This document shows positions 22,960 through 37,633 of a stretch of 48,251 nucleotides of DNA, in pieces. Location: the NCBI RefSeq assembly GCF_006345805.1, contig NW_021834146.1, forward strand, positions 1 to 48,251, given 5' to 3'. A model generated the notes under the pieces. It had not been told where the DNA came from. It worked only from the letters and a program-made list of their open reading frames with translations, and did no database searches. The stretch's first letter is position 1, and each line of letters starts with the position of its first letter. The position numbers and the translations under genes are program-made. The stretch is from Octopus sinensis. Taxonomy: Eukaryota.

Positions 22960-24185
22960 TGTTATTTCAAGATTTCTTGGCAATAGAGAAAGAGAGAGTT
23001 TCTATCCTACATCTACGGCTCCTTCATTGGAATTTCAATAACATCACTGTTACCATCATCTGGGAACTTTCTACCAACATATCCATGCATAGTCTTCTGT
23101 TCATAGATCCTCATCCGTTCATCTAATAAGTTGCGGTAGAATCGTGCGACTTCTTTGATCATGTAGTCTATGTTATCAGATAAGGAATGTTGCTCAAGGA
23201 GCTGCCTTCCAAATCATATGAAGTATGCAAACTTGGTCAAGGGATGCACTTCGACATTTGTGGTTATAAGAGGTTACCGAAACACGTTGTAGGCCAATGT
23301 TTTATTGAATGCATAGATTTCTAAGGTCAAAATTTTATTTATTCAGCTGTAATGATCTTTGATTATACTGAGATGACGCCTGTAACTTAATGGCACCAGT
23401 AACATGATGGCACCTGTAACATAATGGTACCTATAAAAAAGCACTTGATATCCACCCTAGATATCTGTAACGATCCTCATCAGATATGTTTCTTTACTAC
23501 CCACAAGGGGCTAAACACAGAGGGGACAAACAAGGACAGACAAACGGATTAAGTTGATTACATCGACCCCAGTGCGTAACTGGTACTTAATTTATCGACC
23601 CAGAAAGGATGAAAGGCAAAGTTGACCTCGGCGGAATTTGAACTCAGAACGTCAAGACATACGAAATACGGCTACGCATTTCGCCCGGCATGCTAACGAT
23701 TCTGCCAGCTCGCCGCCTATAATCCTCATCAGATATAGGGGTAACAGTCAGGTCATTGATGGCAATGTTGCTAGTCTGGTTTACATTTTTCCCCCTTTTC
23801 ACAATCATATAACATTTATCCTGAACAAATGCCAACCCTACATTTTTTGAGAATGTTGTAACTTGATCAAGGCTCTTTTTCATCTCATCCATATTCTTTG
23901 CATAAAGTTTTAAGTCATCCACAAAGAAACAGCTTTCAATTTTGGAATTTCTGTTTCCTTATGAACCAATGAGATATCCTTAAAATGAATGACATGGGGT
24001 TTACAGAAAGTATAAACAACATCACAACGAGGTTGTCCCCTTGGAATATGCCTCTGCTATATTGTATTTTGTCAGTGATAATAATCACTCTTTGTGTTTA
24101 ATTTCATGATGGTGGCCCACAATTAAATCAGGTCAGCAATGGCTTTGATTATGGCTCAATGGAAATTTAGCCAGATGAAGGGCTT
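22960..24185 (-). mobile_element. Old R4/Dong-like LINE RT fragment interrupted by a SINE
   Basis: RGIFQGD, DDLKLYAKN and Y|RYLG motifs on the minus strand, with many stops and frameshifts. Confidence 0.7.
23488..23718 (-). mobile_element. SINE with a 15-bp target-site duplication
   Basis: ATCCTCATCAGATAT occurs at 23473-23487 and 23722-23736. Confidence 0.9.
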
Positions 24186-25525
24186 CTAGCATCCATGAGT
24201 ATGTATGTATATATGTATGTATGTATGTTTTTGTATGTATGTATGTATGTATGTATGTATGTATGTTTTTGTATGTATGTATGTATGTATGTATGTATGT
24301 ATGTATGTGTGTGTATGTATGTATGTACGTATGTATTTATGTATGTATGTGTGTCCGTATGTGAAAATGTGTGAATGAATGTGTGTGCGCATGTACATAC
24401 ATATACAGACTCGTATATTTTCTCGAGTGATGTGCTTAATCGGACCCCATTTTAAGTCTGTCATTTGGAACTTTCGCCGTTTATGCCGGATTCTTCTCTG
24501 TTGTAAACAATCAAGGCAGGTCTTTGGTTTCAGGATATCTTCCTACTTTCCCCCAACCAATCACAGCAGCCTTCTGAATGATCATCAGCATTGACAGACA
24601 GTCCTGGCTAAGCGCTAAAAATATACTTTACCTCTCTACTTCGTTTTCTTCCTCCTCCTCTCTCCTCCCCAGCATCACTCTTACCAACCCACATCCACAC
24701 ATTATTTGTCCCTCCGCCCACATTTACACTTTATACACACTTCACACACTAGACCACAGTTTCTACCTACACATCTCACTTCGGTAGCACAGTTACACTC
24801 TTCACACTTTATTACACACACACACAACTTTGTCCCATTGGATATTCTATCTTTGACACACACATACAAATGCATGTACACTGATACATAGACTCATACA
24901 TATTCACGCACACTCACTCTTCAAACACATACACACACTCACACAAACATACCCATACTCACACATTCACTCTTGCACCCAACGTTTTGCTTTGTATCTC
25001 TAAATCCCTCACTTCTCTCTCCTCCTCCTTCCTTTTCCTCCCACTACTGCTTGGCTGCTATTAACTGTAACATTTTACCTCCCCTATACGCAGACATACC
25101 GCACCCTTCTCTCTCTTTCCATTCGTGTTCACTCTTCTTCGAATAAAACCACATTTGCTCTTCTCTCCTTCTTTCGTCAACCATTTTCTGTCTCTCACTT
25201 AACCCATGTGTACCAACCCTTTACTTGTACCGTCTACATTATTTGACCTTCATGAAGTCTGCCATTTTTTCAGACAATATACATTACTGAATGCTCTGCC
25301 TGCATTTTGACCTTTTTTTTCTTGGTATTTGATCTTCTGAAACAACTTTTCTCTCGTATTCGATTTTTATCCTATAGATTCTGCTGCAACTGTCCATGTC
25401 ACGTATTTCTGCCTTTACAGTGTTCACACAGCATTGAACAACAGTGATGGTGTCTGAATTGTGGTAACCGTCATGAATTATCATGAATACAGCTATCTCT
25501 TTTCCAATATTTAGATGGCTTTCAA

Positions 25526-25728
25526 GGCGGCAAGCTGGCAGAAACGTTAACACGCCGGGCGCAAAGCTTAGCAGTATTTCGTCTGCTTTTTCACGTTCTG
25601 AGTTCAAATTCCACCGAGGTCGACTTTGCCTTTTATCCTTTCGGGGTACCAGTTGCGTACTGTGGTCGATCTAATCAACTCGCCCACTACCCCAAAATTT
25701 CAGGCCTTGTGCCTAGATTAGGAAAGGA
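25526..25728 (+). mobile_element. SINE (ggcggcgagctggcag family) with an internal deletion
   Basis: Head and body match the other copies. Confidence 0.8.
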
Positions 25729-26044
25729 TATTTAGATGTCTACCAGTCCGCCATATCAGCTTTTTCTCAGTTAAAACTTTATATTTATGCTCTCCAAGGC
25801 CTTTGTTTACCAATACACTAAGTTTTCTTTAATATAATGTGACATAAAATCGTTATATTTCATACCGTATATATCCATCCATCTACCATTTTCAACGCTC
25901 ATTATTCCTGGGAGGGTCGTGAGGATGTCTGGTACCTCAGGTACCTCCTGCATAGGGTGCTGTCAGAGGCAACTGCCAATATACTTACTGATTGAATTCT
26001 CAAGCATGACCAAATGAGTCTATAGATATTTTCTAGCCATCTCT

Positions 26045-26390
26045 TTTTGGTCTACCCCTATATTCCCTGCTGTTTTACATCATTTTAAAGAATCGATCTT
26101 GCGATTTTGTCATGTGACATCCTAATTGCATGTCCGCATTACCGGAAATGTAGTGGCACAATACGGAAAAGTACCGACTCGATCTGGAGAGACTCCCTCG
26201 TCTCTAAGCTACACGCTGTGTCGAGTAAAGCTACTCCAGTTTTTTTGAAGGAATCACATTTCGGCCGCTTCTATTTGCGATCAGACTCTTTCGGTCGTTA
26301 GCCAATATTCATGACCACAGATGAGGATGGGCACGAAAACCAAACTGAAGATAGTGTGCTTGGCTTTGTTACCAAGTTGTCCTCTTCTGG
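26045..26390 (-). mobile_element. Degraded RTE (BovB/Expander-like) LINE fragment
   Basis: The minus strand reads IFSLVFVPILICGHEYWLTTERV*SQIEAAEM*FL...GHAIRMSHDKIAR. Confidence 0.7.
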
Positions 26391-26999
26391 GGATCGAATA
26401 CTGGAACATTTTTTGTGTCTCGGGAGGGTCATTAAGCCAATAATAAACATACGTACTGGTTCTATTTCACTTTATTATTCGTCTCTTTGTTAACAATTTG
26501 TTAACGAATTAACTAAATGAATGTTTGATTAACCGTTTGGTTAACCTATCAACCAGTTATGGTTGTTAGCGACATTTTGTTGTCATTCGTGACCGCTTCG
26601 ATGACTCATTTGTTTTCGTTCTATACTTATGTAGTTATGAATGAGAATGTACGTGAGAGAGAGGGTTAGAGAGTATGTCTGTGTGCATATGTGTGTGTAC
26701 ATGTGAGCGTACATTCATGTGTGCGCTGTTGTGTATGTTTGTGTATGTGTGCGTGCGCGAGTTCCCGTGTGTATGTGTGTGTGTGTGTGCCGTTGATGGC
26801 TTGTGTGAGACAGTTGAATCTGTAATTTCGTTAGAGCGAAGATGTGAATGTAAAGCGTGCGAATGGTAAAACGTTTATTCCTCATATCTTTATCTATAGT
26901 TTCCCTTTCATAAGACATGATATTGTAAGCTTCAGAGAGTAACCCGGATTTTCTTAGTGTTAATAATAAAAGAAAAGAAGAAACGAGAATTTTACTTAC

Positions 27000-27157
27000 T
27001 TTGACATTGTGAATAATCCAGTATAAGTATTCGTTTCCCTGAGCCTTCCTGACACGTGCCAGAGACAGCCACAGTTCTGTTATAGACTTTTTTAATATAC
27101 TTAACGAAGGCTGGCAAGTGACATCCACACTTCATAAGGTTATTGTCTTGGAGGTAA
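27000..27157 (-). CDS. Exon: last LRR plus LRR C-terminal cap (YLQDNNLMKCGCHLPAFVKY...SGTC...DYSQCQ)
   Basis: Acceptor ttattattacag and donor a|gtaagt. 158 nt, phase 2-1, with the N-x3-CxC...C...C LRRCT pattern. Joins exons 33779-33708 and 22174-22083 in frame. Confidence 0.9.
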
Positions 27158-27860
27158 CTGTAATAATAAAGAGAACTCTGAGTGCGTTTCAGATCAACAG
27201 AGAAATTCCTATGTGATTTGACAAGAAACAAAGATTATAAAATTTGAGCAGGTTTATAAACGCTATGACATTCATTTTTCTAAGGGTTGTTAATAACATC
27301 AATAATGTGAAATGATTTCTAGTAGAAAGTGGAAGCACTAAGGTTCTATTCTCTTTTAGCTTAGATATTGAATAATAAATTACCTTTAAATAAGATTACT
27401 AGCCACTTGAAACAATTCTATTTTATTGTAGTTTAGGGACATTTTAGTGTCGGAAATTTGCTGGTAGGGCTCTTGCGCCGCTATATCTGAGAAAACTCAT
27501 TTAGATGGGCGGTTTTGGCGCTAAGAAGGTCGTGTTTATTCTATGTAGCAACTGGTTTTAAAACTATAGACGTACCAGTGCAGAAACTGACAAATTACAG
27601 TGTTTATTGCTTAAGCGGCACAGACATGTTTAGTAATTAATATTCATTTTTAATTTATCAATTTGAATATTTTCAGTGTTTTTCAAAAGAGGCAACAGCA
27701 AGAACAACAGCAACAACATCAACAAAAATACCACAACAACAACAACAACACAACAACAATAATAATAATAATAATAATATAATAATAATAATATAATAAT
27801 AATAATAATGATAATATGTAATAAAAAAAAAATAATAATAATAATAATAATAATAATATA

Positions 27861-27903
<43 letters not shown>

Positions 27904-27906
<3 letters not shown>

Positions 27907-28203
27907 CTAAATGCAAAAGAAATAGACAAAGAAAAATCCCAGCAATGGTTGAGAAGCTCAGGACTCAAAGCAGAAAGAGAAGGATTTTTAATTGCAGCAC
28001 AAGACCAAATCCTCCCCACCAGAAATTACCAAAAACATGTAATGAAAAGAAATATAACAAGTAACTGCAGAATATGTGAAGATGGACAAGAAAAAATAAA
28101 TCATATTATCTCTGGCTGCCAGTCCTAGCTAAGAAGGAATATATTCACAGACACGACAAAGTTGGGACCTATATACACTGGAATCTATGTCAACATTATG
28201 GAA
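27904..28203 (+). mobile_element. R4/Dong-like internal fragment starting at (TAA)n
   Basis: Close match to about 30665-30965 (WLRSSGLKAEREGFLIAAQDQ...CRIC). Confidence 0.85.
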
Positions 28204-28427
28204 ACAAAAGACCACTGATGTGGTTACAGGAGTGTGACGAAAGAACTCTGGCCGAAATAAGATTAAGATTAATGTAAAAAATAAATAACACTGATGCAAA
28301 GTAACACCAAATATATATTGCGTTTGTTTTTATTGGCTAAACTGGCAAAATGACCGTTCCGAAATGTAACAATATCTTTCAACACACGACTTCACATAAA
28401 AAAATCTTGCACAACAAATATATAAAC

Positions 28428-28500
<73 letters not shown>

Positions 28501-28517
28501 TAATAATGATGATAATA

Positions 28518-28641
<124 letters not shown>

Positions 28642-28642
28642 T

Positions 28643-31497
28643 ATTCTTAATGAAATCAGCAAACAATCAACGCTACTGAGCAACAAAAAGAGAACAAAAA
28701 TGCTCCGCAAATATAACATCACAGAAAAGATTTGCCGGAGATAAAAGAAAAGCTGAAGCAAGATATCCTTGCCAAAGCTCAAAGGATCCGCCAGTACGAG
28801 AACGCCAACGCTTCTTTGAACAGAACAAAAGTTCAACTCCAACCCCAAAAAGTTCTACCAAGAACTGGGAAAAAATAAAATAGAAGTCACTGCAGCACCA
28901 ACGGCAGAAGAATTGGAAGAATTCTGGAGAGAAATATGGTCGGCGAACGAACAGCCAAAAAAAGGAGTATCAAAATAACAAACTCGGCATCTGAACAACT
29001 TTGGACCCCCATAACAACTGAAGAGGTCACCCAGGCACTGCAAAACTAAGCAACTGGAAGGCACCTGGGCATGACAAGATCCCCAACTTCTGGTTGAAAT
29101 ATCTAACAGGAATGCACAAAAAGCTGGCTGAAAACTTTAACAGCATACTAGCAGAGCCAGAGACAATGCCTGAATGGCTCACGAAAGGGAAAACCATCTT
29201 AATTCCCAAATCAAATGAAACAGCAAAACCAGAAAACTACAGACCAATAACCTGCCTCCCTACTATGTTCAAGGCATTTACTGCAGTGATATCGCAAAGG
29301 CTGAACAAGCACTTGGACGAAAACAAACTGTTCCCAGAAGAGCAGAAAGGATGCCGCAAAGCCTCATATGGCTGTAAAGATCAACTAATGATTAATAAAG
29401 CCGTAACTGAAGACAGCCACAGAAGAAGAAAGGCCTCAGTATGGCCTGGATTGACTACAAAAAGGCGTTTGATAGCATCCCCCACACATGGATCCTCGAA
29501 ACACTAGCCATTAACAAAGTAGCACCAACAATCATAAAATTCATAGAGCACTCTATGAATAAATGGCAAACAGTCCTACACCTCCAAACAAAAGAGGGAC
29601 TCATGAAAACCAAAGACATCCCCATTAGAAGAGGAATATTCCAGGGAGACACGCTCTCTCCACTCCTTTTCTGCTTGGCACTGTCACTCTATCTGATATG
29701 CTAAATAGAACTGGATGCGGATATAAATGTTACGCGCAAAACGATCAGCCACCTTTTATATATGGATGACCTAAAACTATACGCTGCAAATGACAAACAG
29801 CTGGAAACACTATTAAAGACAGTTCATGGATTTACCAAAGAATAGATATGAAATTTGGATTAGAAAATGCGCCAAATTAACCATGAAAAGAGGAAAACTA
29901 GTTAAGAGTAACAACATCACACTAGATAAAACCAATGAAATAAAAGAATTATACCAAGCCAAACTTACAAATACTTAGGAATCCATGAACTAGATAAGAC
30001 ACAACACACACAAATGAAAGAGAAAATAAAAAAGAATATTATAGACGAGTTAGATCAATACTAAAAACAGAGCTCAATGCTAAAAACAAGATAATAGGTA
30101 TCAACACTTTAGCTGTCCCAGTTTAAGTTACAGCTACAATATCCTTAACTGGACACGAATGAACTGACCAAATAGATAGGAAAACAAGAAAAATACTGAC
30201 AGGATCTAGGATGCATCACCCAAAATCTGACATAGAAAGACTATATATACAACGTATAGAAGGTGGTAGAGGCCTTATACAGCTGGAAAACTACTATAAA
30301 ATAACCACCATAGGACTGCAAAAATATCTACTTCAGAAGGAAGGAAAACTGATCCAGATAGCAGCAAAACCGAGCAAAACAAAAAACTGTTCTCAGTATT
30401 TAAGGAAGCTGACAAATACAACACAAGAAATCATACCACCTAATAAACATGAGAAGAAGAAGAAGAAGAAGAAGAAGAAGAAGAAGAAGAAGAAGAAGAA
30501 GAGAAGAAGAAGAAGAAGAAGAAGAGAAGAAGAAGAAGAAAAAGAAGAAGAAGAAGAAGAAACAACAAAAGCTATAAAACAAATGAAATCCAAACTAAAA
30601 ATAGAACAGCAACGAACCATGATAAACGATGGCAAGAAAAGCTCCTTCATGGTAAATACTGGACTAAACTAAACGCAAAAGAAATAGACAAAGAAAAATC
30701 CCAGCAATGGTTGAGAAGCTCAGTACTCAAAGCAAAAACAGAGGGATTTTTAATTGCAGCACAAGACCAAAACCTCCCCACCAGAAATTACCAAAAACAT
30801 GTAATGAAAAGAAATATTACAAGTAACTGCAGAATATGTGGAGATGGACAAGAAACAATAAATCATATTATCTCTAGCTGCCCAGTCCTGGCTAAGAAGG
30901 AATATATTCACAGACATGACAGAGTTGGAACCTACATACATTGGAAGCTATGCCAACATTATGGAATAACAACAGAAAAAAAAAGGTATAGGCACACACC
31001 AGAAAAGGTCACAGAAAACGAGAAAGCAACCATACTCTGGGATATGCCAATACACACAGATAGAGAAATTAAGGCCAACAGACCAGATATAGTTGTCAGA
31101 GATCATGAAAACAAAAATGTTTTCTAATTGATGTATCAATACCAGCGGATGACAACGTGTTTATAAAAGAAATGGAGAAACTTTCAAAATACAAAGACCT
31201 GGAAATAGAGGTAACTAGAATGTGGAATCTAAAAACAGAAACAATTCCTATCATAATAGGTGCATTAGGCATGATAAAAAATATTCAGACAAATACATAA
31301 CAAAAACAAAACACACCATTACTTACAACACACATAACATACAGAAAATTGCACTACTAGGCACTGCACACATCCTGCGCAGAACCTTCCATACAATAAC
31401 CATCAGAGCATCACAACAAATCACAGCACATACCCAAGGCACACAGAGCTGTGCTCGGTAGTGAAGTGAAAGCACGATATAAAAAATATACTACTGA
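28643..31497 (+). mobile_element. R4/Dong-clade non-LTR retrotransposon (RT + CCHC + restriction-like endonuclease), 5'-truncated and frameshifted
   Basis: NYRPITCL, EQKGC, WIDYKKAFDSIPH, GIFQGDTLSP, YMDDLKLYA, CRIC...HIISSC...RHD and RPDIV motifs. It has a (TAA)n tail, a (TAA)n 5' flank and an internal GAA tract at 30451-30560. Confidence 0.92.
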
Positions 31498-33009
31498 ATA
31501 ATAATAATATAATAATAATAATAATATATAATAACAATAACAACAACAACAACAATAATAATAATAATAATATTAATCTTTTGTTGATTTTATAAGTTAT
31601 GTGATAGAAGATAACTGTTTCATTTTCATTTCAATACATTTTAATATTTCTGTATGTCTTTGGGTCTGTGGTATTCGCTGTGTATTGACCAAAACCAAAT
31701 AATCCATTGATAAGGAGATCCTCAGGTAATCGCTAAAGCCAAAAACCTCTCAGTTCAAGTGTCTTATGCCAGAGTAGAAATTAGAGGGGAAAATGAATAA
31801 AAGAAGGTTTAACCTTCTCATTTGACCCTTCACATGCAATCATAGACATCTTCATACACATTCAAGCATGAATATGACAGTAGAAAGTAAAGTTATTGTT
31901 ACAGAGAGAAGGGGGCTATGAATGTAAGCCTTTCCCACCATTCTGTACTACATACTGCAGTAGATTTATTAGAGAGGAGAAATGAGAAAATGATAATTAA
32001 AAATAACAGACACCAAATAAAATCAGGTAGGATGTGGTTAGAGAATCATAAGATGATATTCTAGATATAGTTTTGAATCATAAGACAAACATGATATAAT
32101 AAAATGTATTGGGCAAACAGATTACATACAGCTGTCAGAGGAGAAGGAGATGACATACAATATATAGATGATATACACTATATAAATGGCATACTAGATT
32201 TAGAGGATATACTAGATATAGATGATATTCTGGACAGATGACATACTATGATATATTTAGATGATATGTTTGAAGAGATGACATACAAGATATGGGTAAA
32301 TCTACTAAATGTAGCTAACCTGCAATATATAGATTACCAGCTACAAGACAGAAGTGACATACGAGCAAACGGTATTGTCATATAAGTGCTGTGGCGAAAG
32401 TTGCTAGGTATTGCGAAGCTGCGAAATATTGCTGAGTAAAATACCAGTTATATTTGACATGAGAGATTTAGCTGGATAAGCATTCTAAATATAACTGGAA
32501 ATTATATCAGATATATCTGAAATTGTAGGTATTGGAAATATTTTCTCCCTTGGCACATCCTTTATTGAAAATGATTTTCAGAAGAGAATATTCTGAACCT
32601 TTTAGGAATTTTGCTACATCGTAATGCAATTCTATAATGTCCTGATAAATAAAATTTTGAAATAGATCTGCTTGTATACCTCCCAACCTCTAATACGGCG
32701 CAAACGTTGTTAGTTTTACTACTATTTATCTCCTTTAAAATGTTCTCCATTCCAAGCAGTGTGGTTAAGCTTTAATAGGGATAGGATTGTGTTAAATTTC
32801 CCTCTCTTTCTTTCTTTACTTCTCTCTCTACACACACACATGTATGTATACATGTGTGTGTGTGTAAATATATATATATATATATTAACTCAGAAGAATG
32901 GAGATATCATACATATTGAATCATGCCGTTTCTGTCAGATTGGCAAATCACAAAATCTTGCGATATAGTAATACTGCGTATTAATCGACCCTATAGTTAT
33001 AGGGTGTTC

Positions 33010-33165
33010 TCTTTTCATGTTCTGAGTTCAAAATTTCGAGGACGATTTTGCCTTTCATGTTTTTGGGGTCGATGAATTAAGTACCAGCCGAGCACTAGGG
33101 TGGATGTAATAGACAAGCCCTCAGCCACAAAATTGCAGGCCTTGTGCTTATCATAGAAAGAATAT
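33010..33165 (+). mobile_element. Degraded SINE fragment
   Basis: gttctgagttcaaa...ttttgcctttcat...ggccttgtgc. Confidence 0.6.
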
Positions 33166-33326
33166 TTTAGCCCCTTGATTACCAAATTACCAAATGGTTT
33201 CGTGGTAGAAATACAGAGACAAATACAGCAATCATCAGAAAAATTTGAATGGAATTTTTGTGGATCTTATTCCTTCTGATAACTCCGTTGTCATAAGAAT
33301 ATAATAGGTAATAACAATATATATAT

Positions 33327-33387
<61 letters not shown>

Positions 33388-33707
33388 TATGTATGCATAT
33401 ACGCATACACACACAGAAATCTTTATATATGTATGAATGAAGGTTGGTATGTAGGCCACTCTCTCGACTCCAATTAATTATGTGTATTTATAAACAAGGA
33501 GGAAACTAGATCAAACCAGCCCTCTTATATTTGAACATAAACATTTCGATAATAAAACACAATGCTCGGAAATCATGTTGATGCGCTGAAATTTAAATCA
33601 ACTCATTGTTGTTTATTACCAACAACATTTGAAGAGGAATTGAGAATTTTATGACTTCATTTTATTATTTTCATTTTCCTATAAACAAAAAGAACTTGTT
33701 TGCTTAC

Positions 33708-33779
33708 ATATTAACTATACTGGGGAGGAATAAGAAAGCGCCATCTTCATATTTTTCTATTGGGTTGTTTTGCAAATAT
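33708..33779 (-). CDS. LRR exon (YLQNNPIEKYEDGAFLFLPSIVNI)
   Basis: Acceptor gtctctttttcag and donor at|gtaagc. Exactly 72 nt, phase 2-2. Confidence 0.88.
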
Positions 33780-34119
33780 CTGAAAAAGAGACAAATATTA
33801 CACATTTTGAAATAAGTAAAAGTAAATAAATCTGTTTACTCCTGTTCAGTACTAAACTGCGTTTTAGTCAACACTAACAGGGTAAATGCTGATATTACAC
33901 ACTACAATTCTCTTTATAGTTATCCGGGAAGTGTTGTTTGAACAAGAATAGGTTCCTTCAATCTAACTTAATTGTCCTAAGAGAAAACCTGATAACAAAA
34001 CAGCAAAAGATGGAAGAGGATAAAATACAAAAATAACAAAATAACAAGGAGACTTTCTTATGTGCACAATATGGGTTTTAGTTAACATTCTCATCTATGG
34101 TAGAAATATCATTCTCCAT

Positions 34120-34530
34120 ATAGGCATGGTTCTGTGGCAAGAAAATTACTTCTCACATCCATGGACTCTTTAGTCCAACTGTATGGCACCTTGGACAAAT
34201 AACATTTACTATAACCTTGGGTCAACTAAGCGTTGTGAGTAAATTTGCTGCAGGAGACTGTGTGGATTCCCTTCGTATATATATGTATACATATATATTA
34301 TATATATATATTATATATATATATATATATGCGTGTTCTTGTCTTTGTGTTTATCCCCACCAACGCTTGATAACCAATATTGGTTTGTTTACGTCCCCCG
34401 TAACTTAGTGGTTCTGCAAAAGGTATCCGATTGATTAAGTACCAGATTTTAAAATTCAGTACTAAGGATGATTGTTTTCGCGGAAACGCTTAAAGCTGCC
34501 CCAGAATGGCTGTAATCTGATAACTGAAAC
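34120..34530 (+). mobile_element. Degraded CORE-type SINE
   Basis: Similar to 18704-19128 (tgtttacgtcccc.taacttag.ggttc.gcaaaag). Confidence 0.6.
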
Positions 34531-35169
34531 AGGAATAGTAAAAGTATATACTCCAGTAGCTGTGTAATGATAAAAAGAGGTTTTCAAAACAATAAAATAT
34601 TAATTATTGCAATAACATTGACCATCTTCAGACCAGTGCATAACTTTCAGAATCCTATTCATTCAAAGTACATAAAACAATGCTCACCTTTTGGTAGAAG
34701 ATATATACTGGGTACCTATAAATTGACTTTACTATTTGAACAATTCAGAAGAAAATGAAAAACAAGGATAGCTCATCAAACTTTATTGGAAATCATTGGC
34801 AAACAAATATCAGAAGCATTAGAACACTTCGACGTGGATTCAGTTGTTACATACCAATTTTAAGTCGCTAAAAGCCACATTGCTTTTTTCTTGGTTGATT
34901 CTTTTTAACGGGATTTTCACTAAAAGAGTCTTCCCCATGAAGACATTCTTTTAAATCTGGTTAACCTACATATTTTCTTTGAAAATAACTGAGATATTTT
35001 GATTCAAAGTCACTTTTTCGCCTTACGCTGCCATTTTTGACCTCAAAAATTTTGACATAACTGTTTCAAAGAACCAATTTCCAATTATTTCAGCTCCAAA
35101 TGTAGCTTACAACTCGATCATCATTGCCAAAACCATGCAATTAATTAGGTTGAGAACTGAATTACTAAT

Positions 35170-35997
35170 TAAATCATGTAATAGAAGTGGAAGAGCTGCA
35201 CTCTGTTGTTCACAGTCTGTAAGTGAAGTTCAGTAACAAGGACGGGGAGTTCATTGTTGGGGTGCCGGGTGGGATAATCTATAGTCACCTTGACTATGGA
35301 GTTGGCTACTTGCTGGATGCTCTCCATTATGTTCCTCTCAGTTTCCACATTACCGTTACTTGAGCTGGTTTTAACTGTGATATTAATGCCATCTACATAC
35401 CTACTGTAAAGTAGAAGAGTTGTGGATTGTTTTGCCAAGGATTGCTTAGGTTTTCTGTCCCGCCAGGTCAGGAAGAGGCCAGCAATATCTCCAGATACAC
35501 CGACACAAATGGCTGCACCTTGAACCTGCATGTATAGCTTCTAGTTAAACTTTACTCTGTGGTTCTTCAAGGTGATCCTTACGCTAGCTCCTACTGCGTG
35601 TGCAATCATTCCTCTCTCTTAATTGTTGTTCTCAGGGAGTTGAGTGAGTAGGGTCCAGTCACACCAGCGCTCACGGTGCTTTTCTTCACTGCTGAAGTGA
35701 TGGTGGGTGGTCTAAGCATCTGTGATCTGGCGGGGCAGAATATACTGAGGTCAGGGTTGTCTAAATAGTCACCGTCGTAGCTTAGTCTAAGAACAAGACC
35801 CGCATCACTTATGTTGACATCACAGAACGACACTTCACTTTTCACAGATTATCTCATTATATTACACCCCAGAAAAATCTATGTCAATAGATGGGTAGAA
35901 AGCATCATGTCCATAGTGCCCACTACACAACATGTGAAGACCTTGGAGCGGCTGCAAATACTGATTTTATTGAGAATATCCTCTGTGCTAACATAGA
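35170..35997 (-). mobile_element. Penelope-like reverse transcriptase fragment, degraded
   Basis: MD..FYPSIDIDF, QVQGAAI, LYSRYVDGINI and DYPTRHPNNELPVL motifs. Confidence 0.75.
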
Positions 35998-36221
35998 CGA
36001 GAAGAAGAAGAAAGAAGTTGAAGAGTAAAAAGAAATAGAAAGAAGGTGAAGAGGAAAAAAGAAGCAGTACAACAAGAAGGAGAAGAAGAAGTAGTAGTAG
36101 AAGAAGGAGGAGAAGAAATAAAAAAAGAGTAGAAGAAGAAGAAAAAGAAGAAACAGAAGAAGAAAAAGAAGAAGAAAACGAAGAAGAAAGAGAAGAAGAA
36201 GAAGAAGAAGACGAAGAAAAA

Positions 36222-36252
<31 letters not shown>

Positions 36253-37633
36253 GAGAAGATGACGAAGATGAAGAAACGAAGAAAAAGAAGTAGAAGAAGA
36301 AGATGAAGATGAAGAAGGAGAAGATGACGAAGATGAAGTAGAAGAAGAAGAAGAAGAAAAAGGAGGAGAAGAAGAAGAAGAAGAAAAAGGAGGAGAAGAA
36401 GAAGAAAAAGAAGAAGAAGAAGAAGAAGAAGAAGAAGAAGAAGAAGACATTAATAATCGTAGTGTTCAAGAAGATAAATAGAAAATGTAGTCAAAGAAAT
36501 AACAGGAGATATTTTAGGGAGACGGAAGAAACGTTTGAGGGAGAGAACATGAAAGAAGAAAAATGAAGGAGGAGACTAAGGAGGCAAAGGAGACGAGGGC
36601 GAAAAAGAAGACGAAGAAGAGAAAGATTTGGAAGATGAAGAAAAAGAAGGATAAGGAGAATTAGAAGAAGAAGAAGGAGAAGAAGAAGAAGAAGAAGAAG
36701 AAGGAGAAGAAAAAGAAGAAGAAAAAGAAGAAGAGAAGAAGAAGAAGAAGAAGGGAAAGAAGAAGAAGAATGAGTAGGACACAAAAGCAAAAGAACAAGA
36801 ATAGGGAGAAGGACGAGGAGGAAGAGGGCAGCTTGAGGTGGAGGAGGGGATTTGAAGGAGGAGGAGGAAAAAAGAAGATGAGGAGAGGGAGAAGAGAAAA
36901 GGAGAGGGGAGGAGAGGAGAGGAGAGGGGAGAAGGGTGGATGAGAGGGGAGGGGATGGCAGAGGAGGTGGAGGAAGAGGAGATTCGGGGGATGAATGAGA
37001 AGTGAAGGATAAGGAAGGAGAAATGTGAAGAAGCAGAAAGCACGGGAGTAAGTTTATCAAAAAAGAGAAGAGGACGAAAAAGAAGGAGAAATGTAGAAGA
37101 AGAAGAAGGGGATGACGAGGAAAAAGTAAAAGAAGAAAAAAGAAGAAGAAGAAGGAGAAGAAAAAAGAAGAAGAAGAATAGAAGAAGAAGAAGAAGAAGA
37201 AGAAGAAGAAAGAAGAAGAAGAAAATAATAAGAAGAAGAAGAAGAAGAAGAAGACATTAATAATCATAGTGTTCAAGAGATTAAATAGAAAATGTAGTCA
37301 AAGAAATAAACGGAGATATTTTAGGGAGACGGAAGAAACGTTTGAGGGAGAGAACATGGCTGAAAACTCAGGGAATACAAATTTAATACAAATTTAAATA
37401 CAAATCGTTGAAATTTGGGAATCCAAAATGAGTTAAAGTGTCAAGAATTGAAACAAAGCAACTGCAATAAAGGAACATTAAATTTGTCCTTTTATTTCAA
37501 ATTCTCTCTCCATTCCTCCCTCTTTCTCTCATTGTGTCTTGCTCTCTTAATCCCACTTTGTATTTCCTAAATCATGTCCGGTTCCCGAGTTTGTTTGGTG
37601 CATGTCCGAGAGTTTATACGGTTAAGAGTGTAT

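Noticed and set aside
25284-25453. Cys-containing ORF after an acceptor-like AG, resembling another LU start
   Set aside because: The Cys spacing only looks LU-like after assuming several frameshifts and stops. The 27000 exon joins 22174 in frame without it.
27240-27590. LRR-looking fragments (SLNYNKIEL, LPANF) upstream of the LRRCT exon
   Set aside because: About 7 stops in 65 codons and no 72-nt GT-AG unit, which is compatible with chance in AT-rich DNA.
31650-32640. Scattered LRR-like words (LPEDLL, LYDN) on the minus strand
   Set aside because: No consistent open frame or splice pair.
33840-33988. Possible LRRNT or signal-peptide exon after a strong acceptor
   Set aside because: All frames contain stops, and genuine LRR exons lie further upstream, so an N-terminal exon here is not expected.
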